Below, in pieces: positions 17,001-24,561 of a stretch of DNA of 32,000 nucleotides. The position numbers were made by a program, and so were the translations under genes. Numbering within the stretch: the stretch's first letter is position 1; every line of letters starts with the position of its first letter. The notes beneath the pieces were generated by a model. That model was given only the letters and a program-made list of their open reading frames with translations, did no database searches and had not been told where the DNA came from. The stretch covers positions 390,001 through 422,000 of the forward strand of contig CP001848.1 of NCBI GenBank assembly GCA_000025185.1, written 5' to 3'. This DNA is from Pirellula staleyi DSM 6068 (GTDB lineage: Bacteria > Planctomycetota > Planctomycetia > Pirellulales > Pirellulaceae).

Positions 17001-17566
17001 CTATCGTGGTGTACCATTCAGATGCTGCTCCTCATCCAATCTTCTGGGTTGGTCTGCAAGACGTGAAAATCACAGGACCTAAGTCGAAGGGGATACCTTT
17101 ACGCAAGCCGGCTGAAGAGATCGTTAAGGTCGCAAAAACTGCGCTGCGGGCAGTCTTTCAATACGACGAGCAGGCACTCAAAGACATTTACGCCAGTGAG
17201 GTGCGACTGCTCCCCGGGAACCGACTCTTTCATTTTGGTCTCGAGCTTCCGTCGGAGATGACTCCCTCGGGAGTTATTGTCAAACGCGACAATATGCTGC
17301 CTGCATTGAAGAAACAGTCAGAACGAGATCCTCCCCCTGAGCCTGTTGTTGCCTTGTTGGTGGATGAGTTTCGAATCGAACAGGTAGTTGTGTCAACTGG
17401 TGAGTTTGTTACAGAACCAAATCAGCCTAGCGACTCACTGGTTGGTAAGTTGCAATTTACGATGGAAGAGAATGACGTTCTGGTCAAGGTTTCAGTGCCT
17501 AGTGCATTTCGGTATTTGCAATTACGGAAAATAGACGATCAATGGAAGATCGTAGCTGAGTATTAA
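14048..17566 (+). CDS. Membrane Ser/Thr protein kinase with anti-sigma-like zinc-finger N-terminus, DKNYY repeats and a large uncharacterised C-terminal region
   Basis: An HxxxCxxC motif occurs at aa 29-36 (HLQQCEVC). Hanks kinase motifs are GAGGMG, VAIKVL, HRDIKPENILL, DFG and GTPQYMSPE (aa ~107-368). One TM helix spans aa ~404-424 (IGALSMFSLLIVLALGSFLF). Repeats of the form xD/KxxxVYYxGxxIxGADxxTF cover aa ~453-705. Confidence 0.9.
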   Translation: MKTSQCDRKRIDDFFQKVEIDSDPELTQHLQQCEVCREYFDSQAAQPTLWLEAQKLLRPTEFDLASSADFSAGGLESRATPSTLAIQSILDSLAPSEDPARLGRLGTYEVSGVVGAGGMGVVLKAFDPSLDRVVAIKVLAPHLANNGTAHKRFSREAKAAAAVLHPNVIPIHGVSSETVLPYLVMAYIRGGSLQKRLDREGPLTTVEILRIGSQVAAGLAAAHDQGLIHRDIKPENILLEDGVERVTLTDFGLARAVDDTSVTREGTIAGTPQYMSPEQSRGESIDQKSDLFSLGSVLYTLCTGRPPFRADSSYGVMRRISDETPTPIRELNPDIPDWLVGIIAKLMAKEKAERFGSASEVRDLLEACLSHVQHPTAVSLPSRWLTTHKTLPRKKNTLFRTHKMIGALSMFSLLIVLALGSFLFQGDTETSQNTSETKDVSETTGEVVGHGYTRKGEFIYFKNQRIDQAGKEDIDEFAKFIGHPLKLCSNVDAVSFKALSEEYSKDKNKAYYKWISQDHFWVVELPMADANSFEVVGFNFGKDGKHVWWYGKVLPGVDPLTVEIVNDGFVWKDAKSVWYQHEKITDADVNTFRHLEQAFYCDATRVYWSSTPLEGADPNTFRTFGDDSPYGADRHSVWKGATKIAGLDSATFEPIHQSIYKDKNGVYASGYPMKDADPKTFRKVANLDQHFTALFADGDKYYIFLPFRGEVFLLEPTTDSLKVSRQIWSPGAPQHRKAGVEPVAISAAELTADGWSKHHVATQLDDSAVKSLKDQESHLFTIYQEQFTKAWAVLRDGPIPTSQLQGKTTRAEPTGGKTVDEAWRTDLVAFEKFLSELVAKGRVPSKQELANRIKISPQGKLANSEVLPVTKGAGGFIDLKSGQDTVQFQANEALQGEKVTWEFKLGRDVLIRNGGIVLTPQSITDQDAKDPKKTAPYLSAIKASVPRDQAAEMAFKAGDLVKVEGTIGDSSSNKGTAALLSPSGPIVVYHSDAAPHPIFWVGLQDVKITGPKSKGIPLRKPAEEIVKVAKTALRAVFQYDEQALKDIYASEVRLLPGNRLFHFGLELPSEMTPSGVIVKRDNMLPALKKQSERDPPPEPVVALLVDEFRIEQVVVSTGEFVTEPNQPSDSLVGKLQFTMEENDVLVKVSVPSAFRYLQLRKIDDQWKIVAEY

Positions 17567-17612
17567 TCCCAGAACACGGCCTTAAGTAGGGTAAGCCCGA
17601 TTCAGAACTATC

Positions 17613-17905
17613 TTAGAGGTAAATGCCAATATCTGGATTCCACGATAGATCCTGGAACCCATTTTTAAAACCTTCTGAGACTGATAAGTCCGCAGGCGAG
17701 GAGGAGGAAGGCCTGCACAAGATGTGCTGATCTATTCGTGGCGTACGAGGAGACGTCAACAAGTTGCCGTGCCAGCAGATCGTGCATTCGATGATCCAGC
17801 GGCGGCGGTAGCGGTGAAGCTTGCGACCATCTTGCGTGGGAGGTTTGGTGCGTCCAGAACGATGCGCACACATTGAGTCCCAGCCTTCCCACCGCTCTCT
17901 CAAAC
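17613..17905 (-). mobile_element. Decayed IS5/IS4-type transposase C-terminal remnant (frameshifted)
   Basis: Two overlapping minus-strand frames together give ...YRRRWIIECTICW / LARQLVDVSSYATNRSAHLVQAFLLLACGLISLRRF*. This parallels the C-terminus of the intact transposase in this window ([24 protein letters not shown]...). No DDE core lies upstream. A possible outer end is TTAG|AGGTAAATGCC at 17613. Confidence 0.45.
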
Positions 17906-18365
17906 TTCATTTGCCATGGGGCTAATTTGCTATCTCGCTTCGCGCTGAATCTCTCCCCAAGCCGAAGTGCCTCTGATTCTCACAGCCACTCAGACATCGG
18001 ATAAGGAGATTTCTGCTTGGGACTTATCACGAGAGCACCACCAGAAAATGGGGTGGGGATCTGGTTCAACTCTGGAAGCCATGAGTCCCTCGGGTCCCTT
18101 GCGAATTTCTTACGGGGGCGTTGATGCCGGTTCGGTCGGTGTTGGCTATCGCTGAATCCATCTCATTGCTGGCCGATGCCCTCGAAGTCCGGTAAATCGC
18201 TACTCGGTTCTCGCGAAAAAAGCGGTGTTTCGTGGAAGCTACCGCCGACAGCCTTCGTCGAAGTACCTCGGCTAGTCACTTCCCAGTTGCGCTGCTGAGG
18301 CTCTATCATGAGCGCCCGCGAATGATGCATCTCCCTCAGACCAGTTGTTTATCGTGAATCACACT

Positions 18366-20585
18366 ATGTTCGCTCGAAAAACTCCTTCATCTCCTCTGCA
18401 ACAAGCGCTCGTTGTTTGCGGTTATGCCTTCCTCACTTTGGGAATTGAAAATACCCTCATGGCCGAAAAACCACCCGTCGCTCCGATTAAGACTGTCGCC
18501 GAAAACTACCACGGTGAAACGATTGTCGATCCCTATCGATACATGGAAGATTTCCATAGTCCCTTAGTTCAAGAGTGGGTCAAGGGACAAGCGGAGTTTG
18601 CGGCCAACACTTTAAAAACGATACGCGGACGCGATGCCTTACTCGCGCGAATTGCCGAACTCGATGCCGGTACGCCTTACACGATCTCGAACATAACCTG
18701 CCGGCCCAACGGTGACTTGTTTTACTTCAAGCAGTTAGCCTCCGAGAATGTAGCGAAGGTATTTTTGCGCGACGGGAAAACCAGCCAGGAGCGGCTGCTG
18801 ATCGATCCCGAAACATTTCCCAAAGCGAATGCGGATGATCATTTTACGATCAGTTTTTTTCGCGTCTCGCCCAATGGATCGCAACTGCTCTACGGATTCG
18901 CGGCTTCGGGTAGCGAAGAAACCACGCTCAAAGTGTTCGATTTGCTTACGAATGAAGATCTGCCGCTGGCCATCGATCGAATAGAAGCTGAGTACGCCTT
19001 ACCCTCTTGGATGCCGGATGGAAAATCATTCACGTACAGTCGGCGGCGAGATATCGCAGCCGATGCACCACCGACCGAGGGTTATAAATTCACACAAGCG
19101 TTCCGTTACACCATCGGTGATGCAAACGAAAAAGCGACGATGATTTTCGCGCACGGGGCCAACGGTTCGCCCGCTATGGCGGAGATGGATTTCCCTGCCG
19201 TCATCCTTCCCGCAGGCTCTACTTGGGCGCTTGGTCAAGTGAAACATGGCGACGAAACCGACATGTCACTCTACGTCACGCCGCAAACTGCTTTGGGTTC
19301 GCCCCACGTAGAGTGGGTGAAAATTTGCGACCGAACCGATCAAGTTACGGGCTATGCCGTTCGCGGCGATGACATTTACCTTCTGTGTGCGCAAAATGCT
19401 CCGCGATTTAAAGTCCTTCGCACTTCGCTGCGCGAGCCGAGCCTAGCCAAGGCTGAAACGATTGTCCCCAGCGGGGAATACGTGGTGGATTCGTTGGCGG
19501 TCGCCCAGGATGCACTTTACGTGGACGTACTCCAAGGAGTCTCCAGCCAAGTACTGCGAATCCCTTTTGAAGCGAACGCTCCTACTGAAACGATCACCTT
19601 GCCTGCCGATGAGCCCTCCGGCACCGTTGCGGTTGCGCATCCTGAAATACCCGGCGTGATGATTCGCACTCGCTCATGGACACAAACCGGACATTTGTAT
19701 CAATACGACCCCGTGGCGCGATCACTATCGGAAACAGGGTTGCAACCTCAAGGAAAATATGACAGCCCCGATTTTCTCACTTCCGTCGAATTCATGGTGA
19801 CGAGTCATGATGGCGTGAAGGTCCCGCTATCGATTATTCATCGTAAAGACATTCGTCTGGATGGATCCAACCCCACATTGCTCTCGGGTTATGGTGCGTA
19901 TGGATTCACGCTCCCGATGCGATACGACCCTATTTCACTCGCTTGGCTGCAACGAGGCGGAGTATTGGCGTTCGCACACACTCGCGGTGGCGGAGCATTC
20001 GGCAAACAGTGGCATCACGCTGGACGTAAACAAACCAAAGCAAATACTTGGAAAGATTTCATTGCTTGTGGCGAGTATTTGGTGCAAAAGGGCTATACGT
20101 CGCCCAGCAAATTGGCAGGCAAAGGTGGCAGCGCAGGAGGAATCTTGATCGGGCGAGCCATCACCGAAAGGCCCGATTTATTCGCGGCTGCCCAAATCTC
20201 AGTTGGGTGTACCGACATGTTGCGATTCGAATCCACGATGAATGGACCTCCCAACATTCCAGAATTCGGCACCATCCAGAAGGCCGATGAATTCCGCAGT
20301 TTGCTGGCGATGAGTACCTTCCATCACATTCAAAATGGCGTGAAGTATCCCGCTGTGATCTTGACGCACGGCATCAACGACCCGCGTGTTGAACCGTGGC
20401 AATCAGCCAAAACAACTGCCCGTTTGCAAGCCGCTAGTTCTAGCGGAAAACCGATCCTGTTTCGCGTCGATTATCACTCTGGCCATGGGATCGGCTCGAC
20501 AAAAAAACAACGCCAGGAAGAACTCGCCGATGTCTGGTCGTTCCTGCTCTGGCAGTTTGGCGATGCATCTTTTCAAACGCATTGA
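18366..20585 (+). CDS. Prolyl oligopeptidase (peptidase S9A family)
   Basis: The N-terminus has ENYHGETIVDPYRYMED, the classic prolyl endopeptidase opening. A beta-propeller-length middle section follows. The C-terminal catalytic domain has GGSAGG (nucleophile Ser), NDPRV and GHG. I preferred ATG 18366 (MFARKTPSS..., signal-like) over the ORF-track TTG at 18345. Confidence 0.9.
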   Translation: MFARKTPSSPLQQALVVCGYAFLTLGIENTLMAEKPPVAPIKTVAENYHGETIVDPYRYMEDFHSPLVQEWVKGQAEFAANTLKTIRGRDALLARIAELDAGTPYTISNITCRPNGDLFYFKQLASENVAKVFLRDGKTSQERLLIDPETFPKANADDHFTISFFRVSPNGSQLLYGFAASGSEETTLKVFDLLTNEDLPLAIDRIEAEYALPSWMPDGKSFTYSRRRDIAADAPPTEGYKFTQAFRYTIGDANEKATMIFAHGANGSPAMAEMDFPAVILPAGSTWALGQVKHGDETDMSLYVTPQTALGSPHVEWVKICDRTDQVTGYAVRGDDIYLLCAQNAPRFKVLRTSLREPSLAKAETIVPSGEYVVDSLAVAQDALYVDVLQGVSSQVLRIPFEANAPTETITLPADEPSGTVAVAHPEIPGVMIRTRSWTQTGHLYQYDPVARSLSETGLQPQGKYDSPDFLTSVEFMVTSHDGVKVPLSIIHRKDIRLDGSNPTLLSGYGAYGFTLPMRYDPISLAWLQRGGVLAFAHTRGGGAFGKQWHHAGRKQTKANTWKDFIACGEYLVQKGYTSPSKLAGKGGSAGGILIGRAITERPDLFAAAQISVGCTDMLRFESTMNGPPNIPEFGTIQKADEFRSLLAMSTFHHIQNGVKYPAVILTHGINDPRVEPWQSAKTTARLQAASSSGKPILFRVDYHSGHGIGSTKKQRQEELADVWSFLLWQFGDASFQTH

Positions 20586-20590
20586 AATGC

Positions 20591-20607
20591 GAACCAGTCG
20601 GTTCTTT
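20591..20607 (+). terminator. Weak intrinsic-terminator-like hairpin after the peptidase gene
   Basis: GAACC-agtc-GGTTC is followed by TTT, 6 nt after the TGA stop. The stem is only 5 bp. Confidence 0.3.
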
Positions 20608-20923
20608 AAGATTTCTAGTACGCCCGTCGGATTCTGCGTCGGTTAATTTGCAAAATGCCCTATTCCCCTTGGAATATGGAGGATGTTGGCCTCCCGTAGG
20701 GAGTACTGCGCAGATAAAATCCCAGAATTAGAAACCCCAAGAATCGCCACAACGGTGTGCTTTGCCTGGTGGTTTTGCCTTTCGTAACCTTGACGGCAAC
20801 CTCCTAGATGCGCCCTATTTTTCTAGCCTCCTGCGCCGGATATTGCACGGTCACGAAGGACAGATCGACCAAGCCAGGCAGGGGCAACTTGGTCATGAGG
20901 ATGAGACTCGAGGGGGAACGTAC

Positions 20924-21133
20924 TTAGTTCCACTGATAGGGCTTGTTCGCTACGAGTTCCAGACGCTTGCGGGCGGCTACTTGCTTCTGGGCCAGCACAT
21001 AGGCCTGCTGATAGATACTCGCCTCGGCTGTTGGCAAACAGCATGACACTGTAACGAATCCCCCCTTGGTGATCGCGACATTTTCCGGAGTCAATCGACT
21101 GGCAACGATGCTGTGAGCAGGTAGGCGATTCAT
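20924..21133 (-). CDS. Hypothetical small protein (69 aa)
   Basis: This is an ORF only, with reasonable codon usage and no family recognised. It lies in a gene-poor stretch. Confidence 0.3.
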   Translation of the reverse strand: MNRLPAHSIVASRLTPENVAITKGGFVTVSCCLPTAEASIYQQAYVLAQKQVAARKRLELVANKPYQWN

Positions 21134-21553
21134 GGCGGACTCAGTGGCAGCGAAATTTGAAACATCAGATCGATGATCAATTCAATTGCAATGAGCGTGC
21201 CACTCATGCAAATTCCCTCGGCCCGCCAAACTCGCCAGATTACGAGCAACTTCGTGATGCTTCAACAACCAGTGCTGCAAACTTTCCGAGCCTGGCAACT
21301 CCAACCGCGCCATTTGTAAGCGAGTGCCATCGCTAATCGCGGCCAGCCATCACCTGTGCTGGAATAGAGCCCGCGAGCGACGCAATCGGAATTTGCCATC
21401 AACGAGCCGGACACTCTCCGACGCGCATCCTCGGCAGTCTGCCCCTGAGAAGCTCGTCAAGAGTGACCAATGAAAATGGGTCAGATGCTGGGCATTACAT
21501 GAAGACACTAAGCAATTGAATCAGCCGACCCAGCATCTATCAAAGAAGAGCCA

Positions 21554-21847
21554 TCATATTTGATAGTCAATGCCGCACTTCGACATAATCTGCTGCCATT
21601 CTTCTTTGGCTAAACGCTCAGTCACTTGCTTTTGCGCTTGCTCGTGGGCGGCCATCACAAGGTTCATTCCCCAGCTGCCGTCAGTTGGGCTAGATGCCAT
21701 CGGTGGCGGGTTTGGTGCCGCAAATCCCGGCAAATAGCACACGGCGAACCCACGCCATTGCAGCGGAGATTCTGGGATCTTCTTTGATTTTTCTTGGTCC
21801 ATATAGGCTCGTATTCGGTTGGTCGACATCCTAGCCCAACCTCCCAT
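21554..21847 (-). CDS. Hypothetical small protein (91-97 aa)
   Basis: This is an ORF only. The internal ATG at 21829 has GGAGG about 10 nt upstream. A 10-bp inverted repeat (21483-21492 / 21529-21538) lies just downstream of the stop. Confidence 0.35.
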   Translation of the reverse strand: MGGWARMSTNRIRAYMDQEKSKKIPESPLQWRGFAVCYLPGFAAPNPPPMASSPTDGSWGMNLVMAAHEQAQKQVTERLAKEEWQQIMSKCGIDYQI

Positions 21848-21984
21848 CTTGAAGGAGAGTGTTTAGCAACTTGATCAACATTAAATATCGGAGTTTATCA
21901 AGCCGCGCACGGGGAGTGACCTAGGATTTGTTTGACATGATTCTACTCTAGCGACGAAAAAATCGTTATAGACGGAAAATGTTA

Positions 21985-22014
21985 TTGACGAAATTACTTC
22001 GACATCATTAGTGT
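21985..22014 (+). promoter_or_regulatory. Candidate sigma-70-like promoter for the Cys-rich gene, overlapped by a 7-bp inverted repeat
   Basis: TTGACG (21985-21990), an 18-nt spacer, then TAGTGT (22009-22014). The inverted repeat GACATCA-n6-TGATGTC (22001-22020) spans the -10 element. This is a pattern match only. Confidence 0.25.
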
Positions 22015-22184
22015 GATGTCCTAACGCTGCCGACCCGTCTATCGGGAGGCCTCTTTTAATGCCCCCCGGCGTTGCTGACTGAACCTGTTCAGAGGCACGC
22101 GGATCAGCCTGTTGATCATCCTTGCTTGCCCAGACTCATTTTCGAGTGGCTCTGCGATTGATCCAGGTGAAAGGAGTCCCCTCC

Positions 22185-22634
22185 GTGTCGACCGCAATCA
22201 TGATGGAACGTTTCGCTGCTGGAACCACCACCACGGCAACCCCAGCAGCTCCGACCACAGTGCCAGCTAACTGGTGCGTGGTTCCACGCTGCAAAATGAC
22301 CTTCGAGAAGTGTGCCGGTGGTTTCAAGATCCACTGCAAATGCGATGACAGCGTTGCTGCTGCCACCCTGCAGAACCTCTGCAACATGCTCGCCAGCGGA
22401 CTTTGCAGCTGCTGCTGCACTTGGAACGGCATGGTCATGTGCAACGTGAATCTCTGCTGTGGCAACTGCACCTGCGAAGCCACCAAAGATGGCGTTTGCA
22501 TCAGCTGCTGTAGTGGCGATCAGAGATGCTGCGACATGCTCCAAGCTTGCTGCGAAGCCCTTAGCTGCTGCTGCGAAAGCGGATGCTGCTGCTATGTTTG
22601 CTTTAACGGCACCCCTTGCTGCTGCTGTTGCTAA
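22185..22634 (+). CDS. Hyper-cysteine-rich protein of unknown family (34 Cys, C-terminal CCCCC)
   Basis: AAAGGAG lies 8 nt upstream of GTG 22185; the alternative start is ATG 22200. The sequence is non-repetitive, Cys-rich and uses C-ending codons like the neighbouring genes. There is no signal peptide. An internal duplication is detectable at a 57-aa offset. Confidence 0.7.
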   Translation: MSTAIMMERFAAGTTTTATPAAPTTVPANWCVVPRCKMTFEKCAGGFKIHCKCDDSVAAATLQNLCNMLASGLCSCCCTWNGMVMCNVNLCCGNCTCEATKDGVCISCCSGDQRCCDMLQACCEALSCCCESGCCCYVCFNGTPCCCCC

Positions 22635-22656
22635 TTGAGAATCAGAAACGACAGAT

Positions 22657-22670
22657 CCGAGCTTGCTCGG
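22657..22670 (+). terminator. Short GC hairpin downstream of the Cys-rich gene
   Basis: CCGAGC-tt-GCTCGG (effectively a 5-bp stem with a 4-nt loop) lies 22 nt after TAA. The T-containing tail is not immediately adjacent. Confidence 0.3.
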
Positions 22671-23593
22671 CCAAGTCTTTCATCTTCAAGTGCCGAGTCC
22701 TACCTGACCTGCAGGAGGACTCGTGTCACTTTCTTGACGCATGCTGCGTCTGCGCCACTCGGGTGCACTTGGCGAAATCTTTCGCACCTACCCGCCACCT
22801 TTCGCCGTGATATTTACTATCGCCAGACTATTTCACGGCCGCTGCACTCCTCGATAACGGCAATCTGCAATTGGATACTGAAAAAAAGAAGCAAAGTCGC
22901 TTAATGCAAGACAAAATGATCGATTTGATCGCGATACTAAACATTTCGTATCTTTGGCACGCCACTCGCTACAACCGTCATCCGATGCAGTAAAAACCTG
23001 CTGATCGACAGATGCAGAAGCGACTAGCCAGTCGTGTCACCCACCCGGCATTTGCAAACCCGGTATGCAGCGGCACGAGCAGTTTTTTCAGCGATCGCCG
23101 ATTACCAGTCAGACTGCGTCACACGGATGTAAGTTCCGAACCATCGGACCAAAAATTCTCTACTAGTTGCGTTGCTCACTGGATTTTACCGGAGGCGATC
23201 GCGGCGACTCTCCTTTGGAGTCATCGCATGTTTGCTGTTCTCACTCGCCATCCAGGCACACTGGATCGACTGGCCGCTTCACTTCAGAAGCTGCCACTCG
23301 CCTCACGCGGCGCTCACTCACTCGCCAGCCGCTGTTGTTTCGCCTCGCTTACCCTGAGCCCTGCTACCAGGCCAGGTCGGTGTTGTTGTTAGAGGCCATC
23401 GCGCCTCCCCAAATCACCGGTGGAGTCACTCTCTGACTTCACCTCTGACTGACCTCATCGACTTCTCCAGCCTAACGTCCCAGCGTTCGCCATCCCTCGA
23501 TGGTGGATCAGCAAACGACAAGCTGTGGATCGATGATCAGTCTCCCAGCAACTCCCCAGGCTCCAGCAAAATTTAATCCGGAAATCACCCATC

Positions 23594-24529
23594 ATGAATA
23601 CGCGACCAATCTCCCTATCGAATCAACGCCACGCCTTTACGCTTGTTGAACTGCTCGTCGTCATCGCGATCATCGGTGTACTAGTAGCACTGCTACTTCC
23701 CGCCGTCCAAGCTGCTCGCGAAGCGGCCCGTCGCATGCAATGCAGCAACAACCTGCGACAAGTGGGGCTCGCGTCACACAACTTTCACGACACACTCGGC
23801 TTCCTTCCCCCCGCCTTCATCGGTGACAACTCCGATACTCCAAATGGCTGGGCGACTTGGGGCGCGCTGGTACTCCCTTACATGGAAGGGGGCAACCAGT
23901 TTGCTAAATGGGATGTAACGCGACGTGCGTCGCTTCAGCCGCTCGAGGCCTATCAGCCACAGATCAAGGCTTACGTATGCCCCTCGCGTCAACTGCCGGT
24001 CCTGAGTGTCAATGATTTCGCGACCCCTGGAGGCTCCCTTTCGGATTACGCTTGCGCGTTCGGAACAGCGGCCGACTACACCTCTTCCAATGGCGCGATG
24101 ATTCCCAACATGCCATTCGTTGTGCTTGATTCCGCGAGTGGCGAGTATCGGGTCTCTAAGTGGTCGGGGCAATTGACACTGGCCGACCTAACTGATGGGA
24201 CTTCGAACACGTTTCTCTATGGCGAGAAACATATCCGCCCTAACTCACTGCGTGGGAAAAACGAAGATCGAAGCATTTTTAGTGGCGTCCGCAACACACA
24301 TCGTCGCATGTGCGGAATCGCAGCCAATGGCGATCAACGCCCACTCCTCCCTCCTCAAGTTCAGGCGGCTGCTTTGGCCAACAGCAGCTTTGGAGGACCT
24401 CACCCCGGGGTGTGCCAGTTTGTGTTCGCCGACGGTAGCACTAAACCGGTGCGGATTACCGCCTCACTCGACACACTGACCCGCCTAGTGCGGCGCAACG
24501 ATGGCGAAGTGATCGCTGGGGACTACTAA
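23594..24529 (+). CDS. DUF1559 (H-X9-DG) protein with prepilin-type N-terminal cleavage/methylation domain
   Basis: The N-terminus is [43 protein letters not shown]. The C-terminal [12 protein letters not shown] gives the H-X9-DG signature. Confidence 0.92.
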   Translation: MNTRPISLSNQRHAFTLVELLVVIAIIGVLVALLLPAVQAAREAARRMQCSNNLRQVGLASHNFHDTLGFLPPAFIGDNSDTPNGWATWGALVLPYMEGGNQFAKWDVTRRASLQPLEAYQPQIKAYVCPSRQLPVLSVNDFATPGGSLSDYACAFGTAADYTSSNGAMIPNMPFVVLDSASGEYRVSKWSGQLTLADLTDGTSNTFLYGEKHIRPNSLRGKNEDRSIFSGVRNTHRRMCGIAANGDQRPLLPPQVQAAALANSSFGGPHPGVCQFVFADGSTKPVRITASLDTLTRLVRRNDGEVIAGDY

Positions 24530-24561
24530 TCGGCTTCGAACACATCCGTACCAACTGAAAA

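Noticed and set aside
20924-21847. A shared AQKQV pentapeptide in the 69-aa and 97-aa ORFs as evidence of paralogy
   Set aside because: Five residues with no flanking similarity are too little to support homology.
22116-22544. A 142-aa Ala-rich ORF antisense to the Cys-rich gene
   Set aside because: It is the GCA-frame shadow of the TGC-rich sense strand. It has no SD, low-complexity Ala/Gly/Ser content and a poor start context. The sense frame has AAAGGAG at proper spacing and genome-typical codon choice.
22380-22634. TGC/CTG trinucleotide tracts read as a noncoding microsatellite or other repeat array
   Set aside because: The tracts are short (3-5 units) and are interrupted by unique sequence that maintains one frame. 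Cys codons also occur outside them. There is no repeat-spacer periodicity, so this is not a CRISPR array.
23012-23392. A 126-aa plus-strand ORF in the noncoding gap
   Set aside because: It has Ser/Arg/Leu/Cys-rich low-information composition, no SD and atypical codon usage. Overlapping alternative ORFs in other frames are of similar length, which suggests chance.
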